Translations under genes and position numbers: made by a program
Shown here: positions 29,493 through 39,496 of the stretch, piece by piece
Layout: each line of letters starts with the position of its first letter
Position numbering within the stretch: position 1 is the stretch's first letter
Notes under the pieces: generated by a model
What the model was told of the DNA's origin: nothing
Databases searched by the model: none
Seen by the model: the letters and a program-made list of their open reading frames with translations, nothing else
DNA from: a virus
IMG/VR virus record: IMGVR_UViG_3300012953_006207
Span: 1 to 64,000 of that record
Length of the DNA stretch: 64,000 nucleotides
Direction: 5' to 3' (one strand)

Positions 29493-31079
29493 ATGAAGCA
29501 GACCGATAATTTTTCTTTTGATTTTCCACAAGGCCAGCCTCGACCATCCAATAAAGAAATTGGTGATATTTTGAGGGAAGCCTTGGAAGATGCAGGTAAG
29601 AATCCAGATAAGGCTGCGGATAAAATGATGTCAAAGCTTCCGAAAGGAACAAAGATAGTAAGGTCAGGCGCAAGCGGTCAATTAAGTCCGCAGGATTTGC
29701 TGGGTGCGGAAAGCTTTCGCGCCGTTGGCAACGAATGTACATCATCTCTTAACAGTGGTGTTGACGCTCCTTGGGGAAAAATGGATATCAGAATGAAAGT
29801 TCCTAACCATTCCTCGCCCAAAAATGAAGATGAATTTGGCGTAGATGAATTAACGCCTTTGAATGAGTTTAACTTTTGGTGGGATAACAGAATTTGTTAT
29901 AGAGAAAAGTTAGGTTCAAAAAAGCATATTAATAGTTACTATAATCACGTTTGCACTTCGGCTGATAATCCTTGGTGGGATGTCCCCGAAATGCCTGACT
30001 GGGATGAGGCGTCAAATCTTCTTCCTAGCGTTTTTGATAAAGTCCCTCAAACACCTTTTGCGATTATCTCTCAAAATCAATACGCGCAGATGGGTTGGAA
30101 ATATATAATCCCCAAGGAGGTGGATGATTGGTTGCGTGACAAGCAAATAGAGAAGCAAGAAGAACTTGAATCTCCAGAAGATGACACTCCTAAAGATTTT
30201 AACTTCAGGCCAATCTCGGAAATATTTAAATACACTAAGAGTAAAAGCATACTCATTGACAGAACTAGCGTAGACGACCCTCCTATTTTGATTAACTATT
30301 TTGATACAGAAATAGCTAGAAAGCTTGTGAAAGGTGGACGCTCGTCAGTTGTAGACAAAGACGGTATCCCCGTGGATTTCTTTAAAAGGGTAAAGCAACT
30401 TGCAGGGGCAAATGGATACTACCCACTTGATTACATACTAACTATATCATGTCCGGTAAGTTTTAAACCTAAATCTGGCAAAGGAAGCGTAATCTATTCG
30501 ACTCAGTGCTTTGTGATAACGTGTGACCAAATGCTCAAAGATTTGAGTTACCTTCAGGTTGAATGCAACAAGGAATCTATTTCTGACGATATGAATTTAA
30601 ATATTGGTTGCGTTCTAGGTTATGAAGAATCTGCTGGGCATCTTCATGCGCGTCAGTGGGCGATGCCTTGGACTATGAGTGGAATCGCAAGAACCATCAT
30701 GAACTCTTTAAACTACGTTCACTACTCGACGTTGAGAGAGGTTAGGGAAAGCTCAACCATAAGCTCTATCGCTCAGGTCAAAAGTTCAGAGGACTTAATT
30801 GGCTTGGGTACTCGCAAGGTTGTTCGGCCAGAAGTAAATGTTTCGATATTACCTGCTATTACTTACCTGAATAAACCCAAGGTGGTTCGCTCTGACAATA
30901 AGACAGGAAGGGAAGTCTCAGGTCATGAACGCACAGGGCATTGGCGCACAAATTGGCGTACTGGTAAAAAAGACATATGGATTGAAGCTCATAAAGTCAA
31001 AGGTGGTACACCAGAGGGTCAGCGCAAAGTAGCTAAACTTGTAACAAGAAAAGGCAAGTTAGTAGAACCCACTAAATAA
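29493..31079 (+). CDS. Large hypothetical phage protein with C-terminal HxRxGHWR motif
   Basis: VSGHERTGHWR...IWIEAHKVKG; start re-placed to ATG 29493 after TTGACC-17-AAATAT. Confidence 0.65.
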   Translation: MKQTDNFSFDFPQGQPRPSNKEIGDILREALEDAGKNPDKAADKMMSKLPKGTKIVRSGASGQLSPQDLLGAESFRAVGNECTSSLNSGVDAPWGKMDIRMKVPNHSSPKNEDEFGVDELTPLNEFNFWWDNRICYREKLGSKKHINSYYNHVCTSADNPWWDVPEMPDWDEASNLLPSVFDKVPQTPFAIISQNQYAQMGWKYIIPKEVDDWLRDKQIEKQEELESPEDDTPKDFNFRPISEIFKYTKSKSILIDRTSVDDPPILINYFDTEIARKLVKGGRSSVVDKDGIPVDFFKRVKQLAGANGYYPLDYILTISCPVSFKPKSGKGSVIYSTQCFVITCDQMLKDLSYLQVECNKESISDDMNLNIGCVLGYEESAGHLHARQWAMPWTMSGIARTIMNSLNYVHYSTLREVRESSTISSIAQVKSSEDLIGLGTRKVVRPEVNVSILPAITYLNKPKVVRSDNKTGREVSGHERTGHWRTNWRTGKKDIWIEAHKVKGGTPEGQRKVAKLVTRKGKLVEPTK

Positions 31080-31305
31080 ATATGTATAACCCCGTGAAAT
31101 CAAACGATGGTGACTGGTGGGAGGAGATGTGCAAGAAATACGGCGAAAAGCCATCTAAACAATTGCCTCCCAAGAAAGTAAGTAAAGCTAGTAAGAAGAA
31201 AAAGAAGAGTGGAGGTAAGTAACCATTTATTTTAATGGTTTTTCGGTTTCGTTTTTTTAGAAAAAAGTCCTTGCACTTATTCCAGAAATTATGCATTGTT
31301 GAGTT

Positions 31306-31584
31306 ATGTCAACAAGCTTCGAAAACTTTAAGTACCAACGCAAGGAATGCAAGGACGGCGGATACCCGCCTTCTCCTGCAAAGCGTATTAGCAGCGATAT
31401 CAACCAAGCATTCCGAGAGTTGGGTGCATTAGATAGAGGTTTATCAATCGCGCTCAAAAACGATAAGCAGCCTGAGTTTGTTTATAGTCTTATTAGATAC
31501 CACGAATGGAATAAGACTTGGGATGTAAAAGAGTGCGTCGAAGCTGCTTTAATGGATTGGGACATCAACCCAGAGGATAAATAA
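31306..31584 (+). CDS. Hypothetical early protein (paralog of 34672)
   Basis: Leaderless-type promoter; GL..A.....EF..SL...V..AL.DWD. Confidence 0.65.
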   Translation: MSTSFENFKYQRKECKDGGYPPSPAKRISSDINQAFRELGALDRGLSIALKNDKQPEFVYSLIRYHEWNKTWDVKECVEAALMDWDINPEDK

Positions 31585-31586
31585 TC

Positions 31587-31817
31587 ATGGAAAACCAATA
31601 TTACGATAACAATATCTACAGCCGACTGCTTCTTGCAGAAACTGTTGCAAAATCTATGACTCAGGATGAGTTATTCAATTTCGTCAAAACAACCATGTAT
31701 AGCCACTTTGGTAAAATAACTGACGAAGAGTTCAAACAATGTTGGAATGATTACGGCATGGGCGATACTTTGAGTCGTGCCGAATCTGAAGAAGTCTCCA
31801 TAAAAAACGAGGACTAA
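31587..31817 (+). CDS. Hypothetical early protein (paralog of 46165)
   Basis: LA...V.S....L..F.......EEFK..WN.Y. Confidence 0.6.
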   Translation: MENQYYDNNIYSRLLLAETVAKSMTQDELFNFVKTTMYSHFGKITDEEFKQCWNDYGMGDTLSRAESEEVSIKNED

Positions 31818-31863
31818 AAAATTTTCCTTGTACTTAATCCAGAAATTATTAATACTCTAAATC

Positions 31864-32550
31864 ATGATAGCTGACACAGAGAAAACCCGAAAATATATCT
31901 CCAACTCGAATCACTTTCGTATAGATGAATCCGAGTTGCTCTGCATGAGGCTAGGTGAGTTAGTTGTATCCTTTGAGGGATACGTCTATCACGATGGTCT
32001 TGATATTACTTGGAATCGTCTTGGCCCATCACGAAACAAAGAAGAGTGGTACGGCGCATACCTTGGCCTTACCGAGGATTGTGATTTTAATTCTAACGAC
32101 TGGTTCAGTCCACGTTATGATTTCGACGGAAACGGTTACTACTTTGACGACAGTAGAGGCGATTATGCATTTAACCCTTTTAGGAATTATGAAGATAAAT
32201 ACATGCTCTGGGAGGCTAACGCATGGAAGCAGCAGGGTTTTGGTACAGCCGACAACTGGTGGAGTGCCAAGGGAATCATGGAGGAGAGTGTGTGGAAGCG
32301 ACTCACCGACCCATCCAACCAACTGCCATACGCTTTCCAAGGTCACAAGTCTGATTACACTAGTCCTTTAGAGATTATCAAGGCTAAAGGTCTCACTCAA
32401 TCCGACTTGCGTCTGGAAACGATTTACCTTTATAAAGAATTTGATAGTAAAGCAGAACTGAACGAGGCACACAAAGCCTTTCAGATTAAAGAGTACGAAA
32501 ATAAAATCGAAGCACTTAAAGAACTACCTTACGGCAGCTTCAAGGAGTAA
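31864..32550 (+). CDS. Hypothetical early protein
   Basis: Own promoter at 31828; aromatic- and acid-rich. Confidence 0.65.
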   Translation: MIADTEKTRKYISNSNHFRIDESELLCMRLGELVVSFEGYVYHDGLDITWNRLGPSRNKEEWYGAYLGLTEDCDFNSNDWFSPRYDFDGNGYYFDDSRGDYAFNPFRNYEDKYMLWEANAWKQQGFGTADNWWSAKGIMEESVWKRLTDPSNQLPYAFQGHKSDYTSPLEIIKAKGLTQSDLRLETIYLYKEFDSKAELNEAHKAFQIKEYENKIEALKELPYGSFKE

Positions 32551-32553
32551 ATT

Positions 32554-32727
32554 ATGAGTAACAAACAAGCATTTAGTATTGTATTAAAAATGGCAAAAGA
32601 CCGTGATATGATGGGATATGAATGGCCCGAAGCGGAAGTCAAACGTGAACGAGAGGCGATTGAAACTGTTGAACGCTTCCTTTTCTTAGCCTATCTCGAC
32701 TATGACGAAAACATTAGGGAGGACTAA
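32554..32727 (+). CDS. 57-aa hypothetical protein (MSNKQAFSIVLKMA...)
   Basis: AGGAG SD; translated by hand; paralog of next ORF. Confidence 0.55.
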   Translation: MSNKQAFSIVLKMAKDRDMMGYEWPEAEVKREREAIETVERFLFLAYLDYDENIRED

Positions 32728-32877
32728 ATGAGTAACAAAGAAGCACTGGATATTGTGTTGAAGGTTGCGAATCGTCACGCACATGACCGTCACGCACATG
32801 ATTACGGCCAAGATGAAGAAACCCTAGCTGCTTTATCTCAGATGGAAGATTATTACAACAATGTAATGGAGAATTAA
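32728..32877 (+). CDS. 49-aa hypothetical protein (MSNKEALDIVLKVA...)
   Basis: GGAGGACTAAATG junction; internal RHAHD duplication. Confidence 0.55.
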   Translation: MSNKEALDIVLKVANRHAHDRHAHDYGQDEETLAALSQMEDYYNNVMEN

Positions 32878-32878
32878 A

Positions 32879-33061
32879 ATGACTAAAGAAAAAGAAATCA
32901 TAATGATGGTATTACAATCTCACGCATTAAAGAAAACAGATTTACTTTCTGATTTTGCGAGAGAGGAGATTGCCGATGAAATCATGGAAGCTCAAAAGCT
33001 AATTTGGAATGAAGTACTGCTCGACATGGGTATCGAGTTAGTAAAAAAGGAGGAGGATTAA
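32879..33061 (+). CDS. Hypothetical early protein
   Basis: GGAG SD upstream. Confidence 0.55.
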   Translation: MTKEKEIIMMVLQSHALKKTDLLSDFAREEIADEIMEAQKLIWNEVLLDMGIELVKKEED

Positions 33062-33226
33062 TAATGTTTGAAATAATAAATGCAACGGCAATCATAGCAG
33101 CGTTAATAATTTTATGTTGGACGCTAGACCTAGACGATGAACAAGAAGATGAGAACCATTTAAATTAATTAAAATAAATCTTTTCTACTTGCAGTTATTC
33201 CAGAATTTTTTAATACTCTTAATCAC

Positions 33227-34129
33227 ATGAGTTACAGTCTTTGTTGCATATCGAATTCCCTCGCGAAGGAAGGTCACAAATTTCAGACCATGACTTGGCA
33301 TCGCTTTTCTCAGCTTGACCGCGAAGAAGCAGTCGCTACAGTCTCGGCGCGAACGCTCAATAATATTCGTGTTACTTATAAAATTCTACAGCGGTGCGCT
33401 GCAAAACGCTGGGGCTATCGTGTTAGCTCTAACCTTTTCCCGCTACTCACATATGACGTAGCAGAACTTAAAATAGAAGAATACCCAGATTGGATTGACA
33501 TACAGGCTGCGCTTGCAGATTGCGCTTCTATCATCAAGTACAATAGCATTCGTGTTTCTTGTCATCCTGACCAGTTCAATGTTCTTGCAAGTGAGGGTAA
33601 ACACAATGTCGCTAAAACCATAAAAGAATTAAATCATCACGGTTGGTTCATGGATATGCTCGGCGCGTATAGTGATTACCGTTCCCCCATCAATATTCAT
33701 GTCAACAATACCAAAGGCGAACCACAAGAAATCGCTGACCGTTTTATGCTTAATCTCCGCGAGTGCAATCAATCTGTTCGCTCTCGCCTTGTTGTAGAAA
33801 ACGAGGACAAGGGCATTTGGACTCCAGCATTACTTGCCGAGTGTTTCCTCAAATTGCCCATTACTTACGACAACCTACACCACAAATGCTTACCCGATGG
33901 CCTCACAGAGGATGAAGCCTATCGCTTATGCTATAATACATGGCAGGAGAACGGTTACTTCAAACCACTATTCCACTACTCAGAATCTCATCCAGACAAA
34001 AATAACCCTCGCAGTCATGCTGATATGCCTACTGGGTTACCAAAAGACGGAGGATACTCTTTCGCTGTCGATTACGACATCGAACTCAAGTCCAAGGATG
34101 ATGCCATTGAAGCTTTCGCAGCGTTGTAA
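33227..34129 (+). CDS. uvsE: UV-damage endonuclease UvsE/UvdE
   Basis: LCCIS, YRVSSNLFP, RVSCHPDQFNVLAS, NIHV, RLVVENED, YDNLHH, FHYSE, HAD, DIELKSKD.A. Confidence 0.95.
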   Translation: MSYSLCCISNSLAKEGHKFQTMTWHRFSQLDREEAVATVSARTLNNIRVTYKILQRCAAKRWGYRVSSNLFPLLTYDVAELKIEEYPDWIDIQAALADCASIIKYNSIRVSCHPDQFNVLASEGKHNVAKTIKELNHHGWFMDMLGAYSDYRSPINIHVNNTKGEPQEIADRFMLNLRECNQSVRSRLVVENEDKGIWTPALLAECFLKLPITYDNLHHKCLPDGLTEDEAYRLCYNTWQENGYFKPLFHYSESHPDKNNPRSHADMPTGLPKDGGYSFAVDYDIELKSKDDAIEAFAAL

Positions 34130-34171
34130 AAAGTGCTTGCACTTATTCCAGAAAATAACTAATCTTTAATC

Positions 34172-34648
34172 ATGCCTTTCAAACATAAATGGAGTAGAGT
34201 AAATGTTCTGCCTAGCAAAGAGTGGAATATTTTAATTGATTACGCTGATGCTTGCATTGAGGAGGAGAAAAAAAATGGTGCAGAGTTTGCATGGACTTGG
34301 GGGCATAAAGGAGACGACTTGACCGCGCCGTATTTGCGTAAAGATTATACTGACCCCTCTAGCTGCATGGCTCCATCTGGTTTCATAAGATTTAATGCTC
34401 TTGGCCCAGATGGATATTGCGGATGTGATTTTACTTTTAATCAAAATCGCTCGCATCCTTGGGGCGACATTAAGATTGAGGAGGGACAATACCCAAATGA
34501 CATTGAAGTTCACGAAGAGGTATCAGTAGCTCGGTCAAATTCTCTCAAAGAAAAGCCTTACGAAAGAGTAATTAGAAAAATCTTAATCAAAGCAAAGATT
34601 CTTTTTGGAGAACGCTTTAATGTAAAAGCTCTCAACGAAAAAGATTAA
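34172..34648 (+). CDS. Hypothetical early protein
   Basis: ATG 6 nt after the -10 of promoter 34137. Confidence 0.65.
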   Translation: MPFKHKWSRVNVLPSKEWNILIDYADACIEEEKKNGAEFAWTWGHKGDDLTAPYLRKDYTDPSSCMAPSGFIRFNALGPDGYCGCDFTFNQNRSHPWGDIKIEEGQYPNDIEVHEEVSVARSNSLKEKPYERVIRKILIKAKILFGERFNVKALNEKD

Positions 34649-34671
34649 AATTAATTAAAATAAATACAACG

Positions 34672-34866
34672 ATGAAAACTGACCCGAATAACCCACGACC
34701 ACACGACATTCAACTCATTGCTCAAGGGCTTGAGAAAGCGAAGCCTTGGGGATTAGAAGCAGAGTTTGCATGGAGTTTAGCAACGCATATCAGAACCTAC
34801 CCAACAGACCCAATGGATATGGCCGTTCAAGTTGCGCTAGATGATTGGGATTTAGACAAACATTAA
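34672..34866 (+). CDS. Hypothetical early protein (paralog of 31306)
   Basis: GLEKAKPWGLEAEFAWSL...VQVALDDWDL. Confidence 0.6.
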   Translation: MKTDPNNPRPHDIQLIAQGLEKAKPWGLEAEFAWSLATHIRTYPTDPMDMAVQVALDDWDLDKH

Positions 34867-35054
34867 AGGATTAAATTATGAAGAACAATTCAAAATCAAA
34901 AATTCCGACCGAGATTACACATTTCACATGGATGAACAAAGAACAGTATCGCAAGGGTCTTACCAAACTAGAAAAGAAAGTTGGTCAGTCCAAACCGCAG
35001 ATTAAAATTGTTGTCCTCTCCTAAACCCAGAAGTAAGTATTGGAGAATTAAATT

Positions 35055-35276
35055 ATGACTGACCGCGAAATATTAGACCATGTATACCGTGAATTGCTTG
35101 CGGGTAGAGTCCACCAAGAAATGATTGACTTTATACAAACAGAATGGCAAAGACGAGATGAGTTACTAGACGCACAAGAAATAGAACACATACAAGGATT
35201 ACAAATCGGGAAAGACGGAACCGTAGACGACCAATACAACGAAGGAGATGCTGGAGATAATGATTACCAAGGATAA
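35055..35276 (+). CDS. Acidic hypothetical protein
   Basis: GGAG SD; acidic C-terminus. Confidence 0.55.
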   Translation: MTDREILDHVYRELLAGRVHQEMIDFIQTEWQRRDELLDAQEIEHIQGLQIGKDGTVDDQYNEGDAGDNDYQG

Positions 35277-35281
35277 TCTTA

Positions 35282-35494
35282 ATGAGTAAAAAGAACTTTA
35301 AACTATCTGCTCGGATTGACGAATCAAACCCCAATCATCATATGTGGAACAATAACGGCACTTGGTACATTCACTTTATTATCCATAAAGAGGACAAGAC
35401 TGCTGAGAGATTCAGGAAAAGCCTGAAAACTCGCGATGTTGAAGAAGCTAGAAATAAACGAGATAAGATACTAGAGAGATTAATGAAAGACTAA
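35282..35494 (+). CDS. Small DNA-binding-like protein (integrase arm-binding / AP2-like pattern)
   Basis: NPNHHMWNNNGTWYIH...R.RKSLKT.D.EEAR..RD. Confidence 0.6.
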   Translation: MSKKNFKLSARIDESNPNHHMWNNNGTWYIHFIIHKEDKTAERFRKSLKTRDVEEARNKRDKILERLMKD

Positions 35495-35909
35495 TCCATT
35501 TAAATAAATAAAAAAAAAATGAGAAACTACGAAATCATAAAGGCGATATACGAACGCTGTCCCAGCCAAGAAAGCTTTACCAACGGAGGGGAAAAGGAAC
35601 TCACCAAAGAACAGATTTTCGACAGATGTTTAGACATCATAGAATTAATCGAACGAGAAAGACCACAACTAACAAAATGAAAACAATATTACTATCTTTA
35701 CTTGTTATGAGTACTGGCTGCATGACTTACGAATACCAAGTTCACTTAACGTCAGACGATAACGGAACTCATCATCTGATAAATGCGCGTACAGAAAAAG
35801 AAGCTCAAGACTTCATTAAATCTTACGAAACAGACCACGGGCCAATGAAAATTATTAAAAACCCAAAATAGTTCTTGTACTTATTCCAGAAATTATCAAT
35901 ACTAGAGAC

Positions 35910-36158
35910 ATGGTATACGAGATACAGAAACGCAAGTTCCAAGCTGGAACTCACCCCGAAGAAGAGTTGTTCTTTATCTATGGTCAAACGCCCGATGGCG
36001 AATGGTTCCCAATGCAAGGGCCATACGAGTCTCAGGCAGAAGCCATTAAAGACAGTTATGATTCTAGGTACGAAGAATGCTCTTGGGATGGCAAGAAAGT
36101 AGACGTTCAACTTGGTCTCGATATGATTATTGATGGCGACAAAATGCCTTGGCAATAA
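35910..36158 (+). CDS. Hypothetical early protein
   Basis: ATG 6 nt after the -10 of promoter 35875. Confidence 0.6.
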   Translation: MVYEIQKRKFQAGTHPEEELFFIYGQTPDGEWFPMQGPYESQAEAIKDSYDSRYEECSWDGKKVDVQLGLDMIIDGDKMPWQ

Positions 36159-36266
36159 GGAGGGTTAAATGAAAACGGCAGTAGAAATGTTATTAATTAG
36201 TGTTGATTGGTTTGTTATAGTCAACGTAGCAAAAGAAATGAGAGTATTAATATACGGAGGATAATT

Positions 36267-36500
36267 ATGTTGAAGCAAGTAAAACCTAACGGAGAATACA
36301 AAGAAATGGAAGAGGATAAAACAATTACATTAAGCAAACACGAAGTGGTTCTCGACAGAGATTTTGTTGAGGAGGTATGGGAACTAGCTTTTGGTGCAGA
36401 CGCATGGGACAAAGGCTTTAACGACCAAGAAGTGCTAGATAAACTAAAACAATACGAAGCACACGCTTTGAAATGGGAAGAACAGGAAGGGCTAGTATAA
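36267..36500 (+). CDS. Hypothetical early protein
   Basis: GGAGG SD before MLKQVK. Confidence 0.55.
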   Translation: MLKQVKPNGEYKEMEEDKTITLSKHEVVLDRDFVEEVWELAFGADAWDKGFNDQEVLDKLKQYEAHALKWEEQEGLV

Positions 36501-36706
36501 TGATGTTAGATAAACAATATTACGGTGCAGTCCGGTGGACTACCTCAGACCTGCAAATGCTTTTCGACCTAACGGACGACGAAGCTCACGAATGGCTCCA
36601 CAACAACGAAAAGCACATCCAGAACCGATTGGTTGAACTTGGATGGGAAGTTCTTGAAGATTTAGGTAAGATGGACGACTTACCTCCGCTGAAAGAATGC
36701 GACTAG
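36500..36706 (+). CDS. Hypothetical early protein
   Basis: TAATG coupling with upstream gene. Confidence 0.55.
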   Translation: MMLDKQYYGAVRWTTSDLQMLFDLTDDEAHEWLHNNEKHIQNRLVELGWEVLEDLGKMDDLPPLKECD

Positions 36707-36904
36707 AGAAAACCATTTAAATTAATTAAAATAAATGAAATTCTGGGTAGTACAACAAAGGGCTGGGTCTGGCCATTGGAGGCATATCGCATACTGCAAA
36801 ACCTTGAATGACGCTCACAAAGTATTGAAAGAATACAACACCAAGGTTGAAGTAAACGCAATGCGTGTCGAACAGAGAGATTTCTGGAAAAAGGGAGGCA
36901 AGTA

Positions 36905-37210
36905 ATGCAAAACGGCTACAAGTTTAATGAAGATACTGGAAAATATGAGTGGGGAGAACATTCCTATCAACCAGACCAGTACGAACTCAACAAGATTGCG
37001 GGTACGCTTAAAACTCCAGTAAAGGCTTTATTTGATGAGAAAAAAGAGTTAGAAGAATTACTTCGCATCGACGTAGAACAATTTACAGACTGGTGCATAG
37101 AAAAAGATGAAGAAATAGAACTATTATACAAGATAGATGGAACTAAAATTCCGATAGAAGATTTTGCCCGTACCTTATACAATAAAAACAAAGAATTGAA
37201 GTTTATTTAA
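36905..37210 (+). CDS. Hypothetical early protein
   Basis: GGAGG SD. Confidence 0.55.
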   Translation: MQNGYKFNEDTGKYEWGEHSYQPDQYELNKIAGTLKTPVKALFDEKKELEELLRIDVEQFTDWCIEKDEEIELLYKIDGTKIPIEDFARTLYNKNKELKFI

Positions 37211-37363
37211 TATGAGAAAACTGATGCTAATGATGTTCGTTTTAGGTGGCTGTACCTCAGAACCAGAGTCCCCTACGGAACAGGACGATAATGCCCCCAG
37301 AAACGATTCTAAGGACGTTTCAGACGAAACTACCCCTACGATATACCTCAACGATTACAGGGC

Positions 37364-37699
37364 ATGAAAAAGGAATCTTACAGCTTTGAAGATTTGGGAG
37401 ATTATATTGATTGTGGAAATAATCTAGCCTTTGGAGATGACATTCAGCTTTTTGCCCAAGAACACGGTTGGGATGGCCGATTAATAACTCACAACGAATT
37501 CTGGTCTCAGAGAATGGGTGCTGGCCCCGATGCTCTTACATGGCAGGACTATCACCATGCATACCAAGAAGCAACGGCGTATATGAACGAGAACTTCTTG
37601 CCACGTCACGGGGAACCAATCGGCAGTATTGCATGGCGTTTTAATGGAGATATGAGTAAATGGGGACTTTATTCCATAAATAATAAGGAACAACAATAA
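37364..37699 (+). CDS. Hypothetical early protein
   Basis: ORF with protein-like composition. Confidence 0.55.
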   Translation: MKKESYSFEDLGDYIDCGNNLAFGDDIQLFAQEHGWDGRLITHNEFWSQRMGAGPDALTWQDYHHAYQEATAYMNENFLPRHGEPIGSIAWRFNGDMSKWGLYSINNKEQQ

Positions 37700-38154
37700 C
37701 TATCCTATTTCATATATAAATAGAACTAAAAACAAACCTAATAATATATAACATGAGTGATATTCCTTTTATAATTTTCGCAGCAGTTGTTTGGTACTGG
37801 GTCTACTCTGGGCTTTGCTCCGTGAAAGACCACCTCAAATAGGAAACCCCTGTTTTTACGATACGAAACGTACTACCGCGTTCCGTTCGGAACACAAAGC
37901 TATATAAGCCATATACATATAAATAAACAAAGGATAATAGGGTTTAGAATTAAGTGTTGGGTAGTGCCTTTCTTTTATTTATGCAAATAATAATGTAAAT
38001 AAATTCTTTTACATTTAAATAAAACAAAATATATTAAAAAACCCTAACCAAGGAACCTTAACTGAGAAACCAAGACCACAAACTACAACCGGAACCACAG
38101 TCTATGTTCGGGTTCACAAACCAGTTCAGTACAAACCAGTTCAAGTGTATAGAT

Positions 38155-38376
38155 ATGAAAGCTAATAAGCTAAATAAAGAAATTCCTCTGCCGAATCACA
38201 CGGCAACAACCGAGGAACTCAGCCAAATGCTGGGGGAGGACTTAATAAAAAAGAAAAATAAAAATTATATCAAAAAATCAATATGTTCGGTCAAGCTTTA
38301 CAGATTTTTAAACCGTTATGGCAAAGGCGACTGGTCTACAGACGCAACAAAATACTTTGCCAAACAAACGAAATAA
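38155..38376 (+). CDS. Hypothetical protein
   Basis: ATG after AAGTGTAT motif; followed by terminator. Confidence 0.45.
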   Translation: MKANKLNKEIPLPNHTATTEELSQMLGEDLIKKKNKNYIKKSICSVKLYRFLNRYGKGDWSTDATKYFAKQTK

Positions 38377-38400
38377 AGCCAAATAAACACAGAAGAAAGC

Positions 38401-38426
38401 GGGCGTTTTATGCGCCCATTTTTTTT
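38401..38426 (+). terminator. Rho-independent terminator
   Basis: GGGCGT-TTTAT-GCGCCC followed by a T8 run. Confidence 0.65.
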
Positions 38427-38575
38427 AATTATTTTAAATCATTTTTAATTAATTTAAATGCTTTTAAAACAATAAACGGCCCTTTCATTAATTTAAATCA
38501 ATTTTCATTTTTTTATATTTTAATAAATAAAAGTTATGGCTTGACCTTATTCCAAAAATTAAATACAAAAGGAGT

Positions 38576-38839
38576 ATGCAAATGACTACAGAAAAGAAAT
38601 CTAAATCAGACAATAAGAAGTCAATCGAGTTGATGACCGCGCTTTACAAAAAACATTACGACGAACTTTGGTCTAAGCTGCCCCCGACTTCTCAGCAGTT
38701 AATCATAGAAGACCCTCTTGGGCGACGTGCAAAAAGCTTTGCTCATGAGGTTGCAAAGAAAGCAGAGTCCGAGGCGTATGACTTGGAGAAGATCAAAGCC
38801 AAAGTAAAAGAGAATCTAAAAAAGTATTTAGAGAAATAG
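38576..38839 (+). CDS. Hypothetical protein
   Basis: ATG 6 nt after the -10 of promoter 38541. Confidence 0.6.
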   Translation: MQMTTEKKSKSDNKKSIELMTALYKKHYDELWSKLPPTSQQLIIEDPLGRRAKSFAHEVAKKAESEAYDLEKIKAKVKENLKKYLEK

Positions 38840-38865
38840 TGTCTCACCTACTTGTGACACATAGT

Positions 38866-38958
38866 TTTGCCAAATGTCGTTTTTCGGCCAAATAATTTAG
38901 CCAAACGTCTGAAAATTCCCAAATAATTTAGCCAAATGTAGATTTTGGCCCAAATAAG
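38866..38958 (+). repeat. Three imperfect 31-bp tandem repeats
   Basis: TTTGCCAAATGTCGTTTTTCGGCCAAATAAT / TTAGCCAAACGTCTGAAAATTCCCAAATAAT / TTAGCCAAATGTAGATTTTGGCCCAAATAAG; a lone copy at 22564-22594. Confidence 0.85.
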
Positions 38959-38961
38959 CTA

Positions 38962-38977
38962 TGGCATACCATCTGCT
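38962..38977 (+). promoter_or_regulatory. Sigma54-type -24/-12 promoter of hsp20
   Basis: TGGCATACCATCTGCT (GG-N10-GC); predicted +1 = 38988 is the A of an in-frame ATG. Confidence 0.65.
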
Positions 38978-38987
38978 CGTAGTACTT

Positions 38988-39317
38988 ATGCATATGACTA
39001 ATTATATCAATAACAGAATTAAAAATTTTATGGATGATGAATATACTCATTCTTTATTTCATTATGAAATTGATGATAACCCCAACGAAGTGAAGTTGAA
39101 TCTCGCGGGCATTAAAAAAAATGAAATACGAATCCAAATACACGGGAATCTATTAAAGATAAAAGCCGAGTCGGAACTTGATAAGAGTTTAAAGTACAAC
39201 CACACAGTTCGCCTCCGCAGTAACGTGGATACAGATTCTATTAAAGCTAAATACGAAGATGGTTTACTTACTATAAATATAGAAAACAAAAAATCTAAAA
39301 CCATTGACATAGAATAA
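38988..39317 (+). CDS. Small heat-shock protein (Hsp20/alpha-crystallin)
   Basis: L.LAGIKK.EI.I.....LL.I, VD...IKAKYEDGLLTI.I. Confidence 0.9.
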   Translation: MHMTNYINNRIKNFMDDEYTHSLFHYEIDDNPNEVKLNLAGIKKNEIRIQIHGNLLKIKAESELDKSLKYNHTVRLRSNVDTDSIKAKYEDGLLTINIENKKSKTIDIE

Positions 39318-39393
39318 AAAATAATGTAGTACTGTATCAGTACTAAGTTCGAAAAGTCGTTCATCTGTCTTCTTGTTCTTTGTATGTCTCGAG

Positions 39394-39440
39394 ACCCCGC
39401 TGGCTAGTTGCTCATACAAGCTGGTGGGGTTTTTCTTTTT
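39394..39440 (+). terminator. Rho-independent terminator
   Basis: ACCCCGCTGGCT...AGCTGGTGGGGT followed by a T-tract. Confidence 0.65.
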
Positions 39441-39496
39441 CAATTAATTCCATTTTTTTATTTGACCTTATTCCAAAAATAATGCCTAATAGATTT

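Noticed and set aside
32773-32801. CGTCACGCACATGA tandem duplication
   Set aside because: A simple in-frame 15-bp duplication (RHAHD x2) with no further copies.
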